Sequence record: NC_055721.1
Length of the DNA: 64,000 bases
DNA from: Escherichia phage EcS1
Reading direction: 5' to 3' (one strand)
The notes beneath the pieces are model-generated. The model had not been told where the DNA came from. It searched no databases and saw nothing but the letters and a program-made list of their open reading frames with translations. Position 1 is the stretch's first letter. Each line of letters starts with the position of its first letter. Shown here piece after piece: positions 28,663 to 37,229 of this stretch. The translations under genes and the position numbers were made by a program.

Positions 28663-28898
28663 AGTTTGTCAATCTCATTGAATATATTAAGCAAAGTTTT
28701 GTTAAGTTCGTATTCACTTAAATCGATTTCTTCAATTCCGTCTTTACGGCTAATAGACCCAGACCGAATACGATTAGTGGTTATCTGATTAACCCCGCCT
28801 GTGCATTTTGCACTTTCACATAAAGAGTACATCTTTGCTTTTAATTGAGTTTTTAGGTCCGGCGAATTAATCATATGTACAAAATCAAGACCAGTCAT
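28659..28898 (-). CDS. Hypothetical small protein
   Basis: 79-aa ORF. Confidence 0.35.
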   Translation of the reverse strand: MTGLDFVHMINSPDLKTQLKAKMYSLCESAKCTGGVNQITTNRIRSGSISRKDGIEEIDLSEYELNKTLLNIFNEIDKL

Positions 28899-29064
28899 AA
28901 CTTAATTCCTTATACAAAGCTTCGCGAGCAGCCTTAAGTTCTTTGGCTGATTCATATGCACATTTATCGTCGATTAATGACATTGCAACTTGTGTCTGAC
29001 GTTGACCATGTAGTTTGGCTTTGAGTTCATAAGCTGCAAACAAATCTTTCAATTTATCATTCAT
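28885..29064 (-). CDS. Small protein, tandem paralog (P1; 59 aa, not in ORF track)
   Basis: Manually translated: MNDKLKDLFAAYELKAKLHGQRQTQVAMSLIDDKCAYESAKELKAAREALYKELSYDWS; resembles P2/P3. Confidence 0.4.
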   Translation of the reverse strand: MNDKLKDLFAAYELKAKLHGQRQTQVAMSLIDDKCAYESAKELKAAREALYKELSYDWS

Positions 29065-29558
29065 ACGTCAAGTTCCTTATACAAGTCTTCACGAGCTTCT
29101 TTCAGAATTTTACCTGTTTCGCGTAAGAATGGTTCTACTTTTTCACCAGTAACGCGTCCAGAATTAACTAATGATAAATGACGACCATGACGTAAAGCAG
29201 CTTGTTCAAAGGCATGAACAATACTACGCTTACGGTCTCGTTCAAGGACTTCTTCTTCGAAGATAGGATAGTCATTAACAGAAGACATAATGGAGTACCA
29301 ATCGCGTAAAGGAATCTGAGTTTCTTCGTTCAGTTCAAATGTACGATCTACTGTATCACTATTAGGCGAATAGTATTCTACACGATGGACCATATCGCCA
29401 CCGTCTGTGAGATGCCAGATATAACAAAATGTTGCTTTCTTTTCAAGAGGTGTACGAATACAAGAACCAAGCTGCATAAGCTTACGAAGCTCAGCATTTT
29501 TGATTTTGGTAAGACGTTCAGGTGAAGAGACAAAACTGTTATAACGTGGAGCAGCCAT
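29061..29558 (-). CDS. Hypothetical protein (pseT.1-like position)
   Basis: 165-aa ORF; GAGGA RBS; preceded by UUCG hairpin. Confidence 0.4.
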   Translation of the reverse strand: MAAPRYNSFVSSPERLTKIKNAELRKLMQLGSCIRTPLEKKATFCYIWHLTDGGDMVHRVEYYSPNSDTVDRTFELNEETQIPLRDWYSIMSSVNDYPIFEEEVLERDRKRSIVHAFEQAALRHGRHLSLVNSGRVTGEKVEPFLRETGKILKEAREDLYKELDV

Positions 29559-29587
29559 AATAATATCCTCAAATTTAATTATCCCAT

Positions 29588-29603
29588 AGAGCCCGAAGGC
29601 TCT
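29588..29603 (-). promoter_or_regulatory. Intercistronic UUCG-tetraloop hairpin (AGAGCC-UUCG-GGCUCU)
   Basis: Plus AGAGCCCGAAGGCTCT. Confidence 0.55.
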
Positions 29604-29760
29604 AAGATTTTAAAATCAGTTTAATAGCTTTATATGCAAAGATTAATATCATACCAAATGCTATTAAGCCAGTCATACCACTAGCACAACCAACGCTGCA
29701 ACGCATGCAAGCAGAGCAACAACCAATCCTGCACAAAACAATGTAGCGCCTAAAGTCATT

Positions 29761-30057
29761 TTACTTTTCACACTTCACTTCCTTCAAAGGAGCTCGATAA
29801 TAACAAATGACACCGTTAGCATCTTTTACATAACGATTAACGTCATTCAACCATACTCTAAATTCCTGTGATTCATTATATGGCATTCCTACGAAAGCAA
29901 CACCATCAATCACTTTAACTTGCCATTGACCTGTCCAAGGTTTAATCGGGTCAGGCCAACTTGGGTCAACACGTTGCACAGGTTGTAGCTCAGGGACACT
30001 CTGGGAGCATCCAACCAAAAAGATAGATAAACATATGGCTAGAGATTTAAGTTTCAT
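29761..30057 (-). CDS. Outer-membrane spanin lipoprotein (o-spanin; T4 pseT.3 equivalent)
   Basis: Signal peptide with lipobox LVGC; overlaps the upstream i-spanin gene; position next to pseT. Confidence 0.7.
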   Translation of the reverse strand: MKLKSLAICLSIFLVGCSQSVPELQPVQRVDPSWPDPIKPWTGQWQVKVIDGVAFVGMPYNESQEFRVWLNDVNRYVKDANGVICYYRAPLKEVKCEK

Positions 30058-30410
30058 CTGGTCGCCTCCTGCATATCCTGAGCGAACTTATTGAAGCTGT
30101 CATTGATTTGTTTCTCAACCAATTTAGGCTTCTTAGCTACTGTATCACTTCTTTTTGCGTCTGTAAACATCTTAGCATCAGACGTATCTCTTGCTAGACG
30201 ATTTGCCTTACGTTCATCATCTAAAGCACTAAGACGAGTGAATCCATCTTTCAAATCTGTTATCTGCTTATCTTGTTCTTTAACAGTTTGTTCAACATGA
30301 GTTAAAGATTCTTTTAAGTTATCGATACGGGCTTCTTGAATCTTTACAAAAGCAAAGACACTAAGAACACCTAGTATCAACAACATGTATCCACCATTTA
30401 TAGTAGGCAT
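30054..30410 (-). CDS. Inner-membrane spanin (i-spanin; T4 pseT.2 equivalent)
   Basis: N-terminal TM helix followed by charged coiled-coil-like region; 4-nt overlap with the o-spanin gene. Confidence 0.7.
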   Translation of the reverse strand: MPTINGGYMLLILGVLSVFAFVKIQEARIDNLKESLTHVEQTVKEQDKQITDLKDGFTRLSALDDERKANRLARDTSDAKMFTDAKRSDTVAKKPKLVEKQINDSFNKFAQDMQEATR

Positions 30411-30904
30411 AATTTAACGATTGTCTCAAAGATATCGTCTTGAGTCATATTGTTGATAAGAATATGATGGGGTGAATCAGAAGCTGAAATCTTAAAGCAA
30501 GTTTCAACCATTGAAGCCATTTCGTCAGCAGTTAAACGAGAATGCTGGATTCCAAGACGATGATTACCATAGATTGGGTCAACAATAATGTAACATTTGT
30601 TGCCACTCAGATGGACATTAGGCTGGCTGATGTTAATGAACACTTCAGCGCCATATTTACCCAACTGGTTTTCAAGGAAGCTCTTCATTTCTTCTACTGC
30701 GTCAGGCATAGCATCACGACGAGCTTCAGTGACTTTGTTGTTGTATTCTTTTTGCTTTTTACGTTTAGAAAGATTACGTGCCATGGCAATACGAAGATCG
30801 GTGATGTAACCAATAGTCTTAGAACCTTTAAAGATACTGATTCCATCATGACGATCACCGTATTGAGCCATAACCATTTCATTTGTAATAAGTTGCATAT
30901 TCAT
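30398..30904 (-). CDS. alc: Probable Alc (host transcription shutoff protein) by synteny and size
   Basis: 168 aa from ATG 30904 (T4 Alc 167 aa); between rnlA and spanins as in T4; sequence not verified. Confidence 0.45.
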   Translation of the reverse strand: MNMQLITNEMVMAQYGDRHDGISIFKGSKTIGYITDLRIAMARNLSKRKKQKEYNNKVTEARRDAMPDAVEEMKSFLENQLGKYGAEVFINISQPNVHLSGNKCYIIVDPIYGNHRLGIQHSRLTADEMASMVETCFKISASDSPHHILINNMTQDDIFETIVKLCLL

Positions 30905-30933
30905 TTTAATATCCTCATTTTGTTGGTAGGAGA

Positions 30934-30962
30934 ATCTTATCACAACAAAATGAGGATGTAAA
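30934..30962 (-). promoter_or_regulatory. Early promoter (-35 TTTACA, 17 bp, -10 TAAGAT) inside 13-bp inverted repeat
   Basis: Arms CCTCATTTTGTTG (30913-30925) and CAACAAAATGAGG (30943-30955); the downstream arm contains the alc SD (GAGG). Confidence 0.55.
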
Positions 30963-32135
30963 CTACTCTTGTTCGATTACAATTTCTTTCTTATATTCGT
31001 CTGGAACGAAGAACTTGTGATTCTTGTTAAAAGCTTCGTTAAGCTGTGGAATTAACTTATCTAGGTCTAAACCACCTGTGAACGCTTTCATCAGAATTGG
31101 GAACAGATAAGAACGGTCTGCATCTTTAAAGATTGTTTGAGCAGAGATAGCGAAGTCTTTACGGTCACGACCAGCTAGTTGCTTATAAGTTGTTTGAACT
31201 AAGTCTAATGCATGACGCAAGAACTCTAAATGAATAGTTTCAAACTTATCAATCTTAGTGATAGCCCATTCATCGCCTGCGAACATAGAACGAAGGTCAT
31301 CAGAACCACCAGACACGACAGATTCGAAGAGAGCTTCGTTTTTAGTGATGGAATCTTTAGTACGATGCAAAGCAACATACCAATCAGTTTTGAGCTTAAA
31401 GTTCAAACCGTTTTCCATTACAAAAACATAACCTTCTACACCTTCTTTGGCGCGAATGCCAGGCACAAATCGTTCATCGGCAGGAACATTAAATGCTTCT
31501 ACCAAATGAGGACGAAGCATTGCATCTTTAAACAATTCTTCATATGGAACATATTCACCAGTCTTATTTTCACGAACATTCAGAAGAATCAGGTCACGTT
31601 TACTATAAGCCAGAACGATACGGTTATCTGGTGCAACGTATTCCATGTTACAAGTGAAGCCATCTTTAGTAAGTTGAGTCACACGTTTCAAGAATTTTTC
31701 ATAACGTGGACCATTGATAACTTGTAGTGCTGCATAAGCTTGTTCAGAAGAAATAGAAGCCTTAGACTTCAAGAACAGTTGGTCGTTATCTACAAAGCTA
31801 GAGATTAGAGAACCATCAGCCTTATCCATCATCAATTTGATTTTAGTAAGGTCCAAGTTCATGGTAAATGGAGTTTCATCTAAGTTAAAGAATTTTTCCA
31901 TCGGACGAGCTGCAATACGAGTAGGCTTACCATCGACCATTTCAAACATAATGCCGCGGCACTCTAGAGCGTCAGGCAGAAGCCAATCAGAGTAAGATGC
32001 ATAGTTATAACTGAAGATACGATACTCACCACCAAACGGCGTCTGGTAGTCACGGAAATAGAATTTAGACTGGTCTTTTGGGTCAGTCAATTTCATCAGG
32101 TTTTTGTACAAATCATGTTCTTGTTTAGTAATCAT
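30963..32135 (-). CDS. rnlA: RNA ligase 1 (tRNA repair)
   Basis: Matches T4 gp63 as recalled: YRIFSYNYASYSDWLLPDALECRGIMFEM, RPMEKFFNL, adenylation motif KADGSL. Confidence 0.9.
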   Translation of the reverse strand: MITKQEHDLYKNLMKLTDPKDQSKFYFRDYQTPFGGEYRIFSYNYASYSDWLLPDALECRGIMFEMVDGKPTRIAARPMEKFFNLDETPFTMNLDLTKIKLMMDKADGSLISSFVDNDQLFLKSKASISSEQAYAALQVINGPRYEKFLKRVTQLTKDGFTCNMEYVAPDNRIVLAYSKRDLILLNVRENKTGEYVPYEELFKDAMLRPHLVEAFNVPADERFVPGIRAKEGVEGYVFVMENGLNFKLKTDWYVALHRTKDSITKNEALFESVVSGGSDDLRSMFAGDEWAITKIDKFETIHLEFLRHALDLVQTTYKQLAGRDRKDFAISAQTIFKDADRSYLFPILMKAFTGGLDLDKLIPQLNEAFNKNHKFFVPDEYKKEIVIEQE

Positions 32136-32545
32136 TTCTTAACCTTGTGCTGGACATTCCAGGGTGGATTGAATAGTTTAATGAACATCGGTTCTTCAAG
32201 GTCCATAGTGGCAACGGACATTGTGCCTAATTCGTTTGTCATGCTCAAATTAAAACATTGACGTGCGTAGAAGTCTACTTTCTTGTTATCCATCAAAGCT
32301 TCATGAATAAACACTGATTTAGTAGAATCACTAGTTGGATTGCTTCGATTTATAGCTGTACGATAATAATTGATTCGTTTACGTAAGTTTTTTGTCTTAC
32401 CAATATACACTAATTCATCATCTACAGCAATTGCATAGATTACGTTTGATTTATTTGGAACTGAAAGTAGTTCAATTTCTCCATTATTATTCATTTCGAG
32501 TGAAGCATATTTTATAAAAGAAAATTCATCTGCGAATGGTTTCAT
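32132..32545 (-). CDS. denA: Endonuclease II
   Basis: Near-colinear with T4 DenA as recalled (VIYAIA..DELVYIGKTKNLRKRINYYRTAINR, YARQCFNLSMTNELGT, FIKLFNPPWN). Confidence 0.85.
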   Translation of the reverse strand: MKPFADEFSFIKYASLEMNNNGEIELLSVPNKSNVIYAIAVDDELVYIGKTKNLRKRINYYRTAINRSNPTSDSTKSVFIHEALMDNKKVDFYARQCFNLSMTNELGTMSVATMDLEEPMFIKLFNPPWNVQHKVKK

Positions 32546-32554
32546 TACGATAAA

Positions 32555-32568
32555 GGGGCCGAAGCCCC
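32555..32568 (-). promoter_or_regulatory. Intercistronic UUCG-tetraloop hairpin (GGGGC-UUCG-GCCCC) between nrdB and denA
   Basis: Plus GGGGCCGAAGCCCC. Confidence 0.55.
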
Positions 32569-32573
32569 ATCCT

Positions 32574-33752
32574 TTAGAGATATTTACGGAAGTCGGTTAG
32601 AACGCTCTCGTCTACGTCGTTATCAATCTGTGCTACAAGATAAGAAGACAAATCGACTTCTTGTGGAGCAGACTGAACCATATCACTATTTAAGTATTCG
32701 CGAATCCAAGATAATGGATGACGTACAGGAGCATCCTTAATTGGACAAGGGAGTCCACAAGAATTCATACGTGATACTGTGAGGTAGTCAATAAAGTCGC
32801 TCAGGATTTTAACGTTTAACCCAGGCATACCACCATTACGGAACAAGTGGACGGCCCACTCTTTTTCCTGGCGGTTGACTTCCATGAAAATATCTACTGC
32901 TTCTTGTTCACACTCTTTAGCAATTTCTACCCATTCATCACCGTCAGTACCCATCTGCCATTGACGAATAATGAATTGGGTCCCTTTAAGGTGAAGCTGT
33001 TCATCACGGGCAATGAACTTCATAATCTTACTGTTGCCTTCCATGATTTCCATATTCTTATGGAAGTTGAAAGTACAAGCGAAAGATACATAAAAACGTA
33101 TTGCTTCAAGGGCATTGATAACATGCATGCACAAATAGAGCGCTTTCATCAAGTTGTGTTTAGCAATTTCTTCAGATTGTTCAGCAACACAGTATGAATC
33201 ATAATCGTTACCTTGGACTTTATACCACTTTGTTTCTTCTTTAGCATTTTCCCACAAGCGGGTTTTAGTCAGAACATCATCATAATAAACACCAATAGAT
33301 TCTGCACGTTTCATGATGGCTTCATCAAGAACGATTTCATCAAAAATCTTAGTTGGATCATTAAACAGGTTACGCATTATGTGTGTATATGAACGAGAGT
33401 GAATTGTTTCACTGAACGTCCAGGTCTGGTTCCAAGTATCAAGACTTGGGTCAGAAATCAGAGCAGATAATACTGCTGCTGGTGCACGACCTTGGATGGT
33501 ATCAAGCAATGATTGATACTTCAGGTTGTTGATGAATATTTCTTTTTGGTGTTCTGGGAGCTTTTCATATTGAGCACGGTCCATCATCAGGTTAACTTCT
33601 TCAGGCCGCCAAAAAAACGATAACTGCTTTTCAATTAGGTCTTCAAATGTTTTATGATGCTGGATGTCATAACGGGCAATACTTAGTCCTGAACCCAAGA
33701 ACATTGGTTCATTCAAGACATCTACTTGTTCTTTATTAAAAACTGTACTCAT
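32574..33752 (-). CDS. nrdB: Ribonucleotide reductase small subunit (class Ia), uninterrupted
   Basis: 392 aa (T4 NrdB 388); ferritin-like composition; adjacent to nrdA; no intron gap. Confidence 0.85.
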   Translation of the reverse strand: MSTVFNKEQVDVLNEPMFLGSGLSIARYDIQHHKTFEDLIEKQLSFFWRPEEVNLMMDRAQYEKLPEHQKEIFINNLKYQSLLDTIQGRAPAAVLSALISDPSLDTWNQTWTFSETIHSRSYTHIMRNLFNDPTKIFDEIVLDEAIMKRAESIGVYYDDVLTKTRLWENAKEETKWYKVQGNDYDSYCVAEQSEEIAKHNLMKALYLCMHVINALEAIRFYVSFACTFNFHKNMEIMEGNSKIMKFIARDEQLHLKGTQFIIRQWQMGTDGDEWVEIAKECEQEAVDIFMEVNRQEKEWAVHLFRNGGMPGLNVKILSDFIDYLTVSRMNSCGLPCPIKDAPVRHPLSWIREYLNSDMVQSAPQEVDLSSYLVAQIDNDVDESVLTDFRKYL

Positions 33753-33937
33753 AAGGTGTAAGTCCTGTTTAGCATTTCAGGTGTCATTATTTGGGCTTTG
33801 CGTTCTTGTTCCATCTTTTCAGACAATTTAGCAAACGAGCGTTTTAATCGTTTAGTATATTCAGCTTTAAATTCAGGGTCTTTTAAAAGAAGATGATATG
33901 CTTCAATATCATAGTCAATCATTTTTAACTTCCTCAT
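33749..33937 (-). CDS. Hypothetical small protein between nrdA and nrdB
   Basis: 62-aa ORF. Confidence 0.35.
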   Translation of the reverse strand: MRKLKMIDYDIEAYHLLLKDPEFKAEYTKRLKRSFAKLSEKMEQERKAQIMTPEMLNRTYTL

Positions 33938-34118
33938 ATCTGAAATCTACGCTAGTGTATTCTTTAGGTGCAAAGGCTGTACCAATCCTGATACCTTCTA
34001 GCATATTGTATAATGCAGAATGTTCGTTACGTTTGATTGGTACAGATTTTAATTTTGCTATGGTAAATAAACGCTCATTTTGTCGTGAAAATTTGATATA
34101 GATTTTGTATTCTTTCAT
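33915..34118 (-). CDS. Hypothetical small protein between nrdA and nrdB
   Basis: 67-aa ORF. Confidence 0.35.
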   Translation of the reverse strand: MKEYKIYIKFSRQNERLFTIAKLKSVPIKRNEHSALYNMLEGIRIGTAFAPKEYTSVDFRYEEVKND

Positions 34119-34156
34119 TTTGTTTTTCTCAGAAGGACATCCGTGTCCTCATTATA

Positions 34157-36418
34157 TCAAAGTTTACAAGAAGAGCAATCTTCTTCTTTTGGAACTTCGA
34201 TTTCATAATCATCAGTACCAGAACCATCACGAGTATTATGATAGTAAGCTGTCTTACCACCGAAGTACCACAGATGAAGCATATCATCCATCATGACTGA
34301 CATCGGAACCTTACCTTTAGGGTAGTTCTGTGGGTCATAGTACATGTTAGTAGAAATAGACTGACATACGAATTTCTGCATAATTGCTACTTGATTCAAG
34401 TAACCTTTATTACCAGATTTCGCTAACTTCCAAGCATAATCATAAAGATCAACATTAGTATCAACATTAGGCACAACTTGGTTAAAGGAACCTTCTTTCG
34501 ATTCTTTAACACTTACAGGCCCACGTGGCGGCTCGATACCATTAGTGCTATTTGATACCTGGCTCGAAGATTCACAAGGCATGAGCGCGGATAAGGTACT
34601 GTTACGGATACCGTAACTTCTGAGGTCTTCCCGCAACTGTTCCCAGTCACAAACGTACGATGGGGCTGCGAGTTGGTCAATCTTTTTATTGTACCAGTCG
34701 ATAGGTAACTCGCCTCTAGACCAACGAGTGTCTGAATAATACTCGCAATGGCCTTTTTCTTTCGCTAATTTGACTGATGCTCTGATGAGTGCATATTGAA
34801 GTCTTTCCATCATTTCGTGAGTTAAATCGTTTGCATCATTATATGATGCAAAGTTATCAGCTAACCAAGCAGCATAGTTCGTGATACCAACACCGAGTGC
34901 ACGACGTTTTTTAGCTTTCAAAGCTTCCGGGACAGGATAACCTTGATAGTCTAATAAATTATCTAAAGCACGAACTTGTACTTCGGCTAATTCGTTAATT
35001 TCGTCTTGGTTCTGCCAATCGAAGTTACCGAGTACATAAGCAGATAAAGTGCAAAGTGCGATTTCTGGGTCTTCACCACCAACGTCTTTAGTAGGAAGCG
35101 CGATTTCACAGCACAAGTTTGATTGCTTAACCGTAGCCACATCACGAATAAAAGGACCATACTCACCGACGTTATCTACAAAGTAAGGGTAAATACGAGC
35201 CGTACCTGAACGTTCAGTAAAGAACAATTCGAAGAGCTCGCGAGCTTTAATTCGTTTCTTACGAACCGTAGGATCTTTTTCTAAAGCTTCATAGAAATTA
35301 CGGAACTTCAGAGGGTCAGCAAAATACGCTTCGTAAAGTTCGCCTTTCATGATGTCAGGACTGAACAACGTGATGTAATCATTTTTAACCAAACGTTCAA
35401 ACATCAGGTCATTAATCTGAACACCATAGTCTAGATGACGAATACGGTTTTCATCTACACCTTTGTTGTTCTTCAGAACTAACAGGTTTTCCACTTCAAG
35501 ATGCCATATCGGATAATACAACGTTGCTGCACCACCACGTACGCCACCTTGTGAACAACTCTTCACTGCGGTTTGGAAATGTTTCCAGAATGGAATCACC
35601 CCAGTATGTTTGACTTCACCATGACCAATCTTAGAACCTTCAGCACGAATCATACCACCATTAATACCAATACCAGCACGTTTACTGATATAACGAATAA
35701 TAGCTTCTGCACCTTTGTTAATTGATGTCAGTGAATCACCACTTTCAATAACAACACAAGAACTAAACTGACGAGTTGGAGTACGAACACCTGCCATAAT
35801 AGGAGTAGGCAACGAAACCTTACGAGTTGAAACAGCATCATAAAAACGAACTACGTTCTTAATACGATGTTCACCATCATCTTGGTGCAAACACATACCG
35901 ATAAGCATGAATGCAAATTGAGGCGTTTCATAAATCTTGCCAGTTGAACGATCTTTGACTAGGTATTTTTCGATTAACTGCATCGTACCAGCATAAGTGA
36001 ATTCAAAGTCACGGTCGTGTTTGATTTGAGATTCAAACAACTGGATTTCTTCTGCAGACCATTTGCTTAGGATTTCGGTGTCATAAAGACCTGCGTTAAC
36101 TACTGAAGAGATGTGGTCGATAAACCGAGGTGGTTCGAATTGATTGAAAACATCTTTACGAAGACCAAACATAGCTAGATTACTTGCTACATATTGATAA
36201 TCTGGTTCGTCAACTGTAATACGGTTAGCAGCAACTTTAATAACTGCTTTATGAATTTCTTTAGTGGTCATTCCATCACGCAGATGACTTTTAACTTCTT
36301 CATAAAGGTCATAAGGGTTAACGGCTATAGATGTACTTGCGCACGACCATTCAAGGACTTGGATGATTTTACTTGGTGTAAAATCTTGACTAACGCCTGA
36401 ACTTTTTATTACTTGCAT
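34157..36418 (-). CDS. nrdA: Ribonucleotide reductase large subunit (class Ia)
   Basis: Start at MQVIKSSGVSQ (T4 NrdA starts MQLINVIKSSG); active-site NLCCEI; ~753 aa. Confidence 0.9.
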   Translation of the reverse strand: MQVIKSSGVSQDFTPSKIIQVLEWSCASTSIAVNPYDLYEEVKSHLRDGMTTKEIHKAVIKVAANRITVDEPDYQYVASNLAMFGLRKDVFNQFEPPRFIDHISSVVNAGLYDTEILSKWSAEEIQLFESQIKHDRDFEFTYAGTMQLIEKYLVKDRSTGKIYETPQFAFMLIGMCLHQDDGEHRIKNVVRFYDAVSTRKVSLPTPIMAGVRTPTRQFSSCVVIESGDSLTSINKGAEAIIRYISKRAGIGINGGMIRAEGSKIGHGEVKHTGVIPFWKHFQTAVKSCSQGGVRGGAATLYYPIWHLEVENLLVLKNNKGVDENRIRHLDYGVQINDLMFERLVKNDYITLFSPDIMKGELYEAYFADPLKFRNFYEALEKDPTVRKKRIKARELFELFFTERSGTARIYPYFVDNVGEYGPFIRDVATVKQSNLCCEIALPTKDVGGEDPEIALCTLSAYVLGNFDWQNQDEINELAEVQVRALDNLLDYQGYPVPEALKAKKRRALGVGITNYAAWLADNFASYNDANDLTHEMMERLQYALIRASVKLAKEKGHCEYYSDTRWSRGELPIDWYNKKIDQLAAPSYVCDWEQLREDLRSYGIRNSTLSALMPCESSSQVSNSTNGIEPPRGPVSVKESKEGSFNQVVPNVDTNVDLYDYAWKLAKSGNKGYLNQVAIMQKFVCQSISTNMYYDPQNYPKGKVPMSVMMDDMLHLWYFGGKTAYYHNTRDGSGTDDYEIEVPKEEDCSSCKL

Positions 36419-36437
36419 TTTTGTCCCATATTGTGAA

Positions 36438-36445
36438 TATAAATA
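36438..36445 (+). promoter_or_regulatory. Late promoter box TATAAATA upstream of GIY-YIG endonuclease gene
   Basis: Exact box 26 nt upstream of ATG 36471, followed by GAGGAG RBS. Confidence 0.5.
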
Positions 36446-36470
36446 CCAAAATATAGAGGAGTTACCCCAC

Positions 36471-37229
36471 ATGAAATCAGGCATTTATAGAATAATTAAC
36501 ATTAATAATAACAAATCTTACGTTGGCAGCACTATAGACTTCCAAGCAAGATGGAAACGACATTTTTCGGATTTGAAGAACGGGTGTCATTCTTCAATCA
36601 AACTCCAACGTTCATACGATAAACATGGTAAAGATTCATTCGTTTGTGAAATAGTTGAGCAGACTCCATATGATGAATCTATAATTTCATTAGAAGATTA
36701 TTATATCATCTATTTTGATTCAAAACAAAACGGATATAATATTGCTAACGCAGCATTTGGCGACACTTTATCGCACCACCCTAACAAAGAAGAAATATTT
36801 AAGAAAATAAGCATTTCTCTTAGAGAAAACAATGAAAAACTTTCTGAAGAAGAAAGGAAAAATAAATTTGGAAGTAAAAGTTGTAAGAAAGGTAAAAGCT
36901 ACGAAGAATTTTACGGAGCTAAAAAGGCTCAAGAAATAGGTCTTAAACTTTCAGAAAGCAATTATAATAGACAAATGTCTGGAACTAATAATCCATTCTT
37001 TGGTAAGACACATAGTGACGAAGTTAGAAAGAGAATTTCTGCCACACAGAAAGGACGTAAGAAACCTCATGTTAAATTAAGTATAGAAGGAACTATTTAT
37101 CAATCAGTGGCAGAAGCAATGAAAGCCACAAATCTTTCTCGTAAAGTTATAGAAAGACGTTGTGGCTCTGAATTATTCATAGATTGGTTTAGACTTCATA
37201 TAGCCATTTTACCTTTAATTGGAGGGTGA
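36471..37229 (+). CDS. Free-standing GIY-YIG homing endonuclease (I-TevI/Seg-like)
   Basis: N-terminal GIYRIININNNKSYVGST...RWKRH GIY-YIG module; repeated basic NUMOD-like linker (GKTHSDEVRKRIS); opposite strand to flanking td and nrdA; 3' end overlaps td 3' end. Confidence 0.85.
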   Translation: MKSGIYRIININNNKSYVGSTIDFQARWKRHFSDLKNGCHSSIKLQRSYDKHGKDSFVCEIVEQTPYDESIISLEDYYIIYFDSKQNGYNIANAAFGDTLSHHPNKEEIFKKISISLRENNEKLSEEERKNKFGSKSCKKGKSYEEFYGAKKAQEIGLKLSESNYNRQMSGTNNPFFGKTHSDEVRKRISATQKGRKKPHVKLSIEGTIYQSVAEAMKATNLSRKVIERRCGSELFIDWFRLHIAILPLIGG

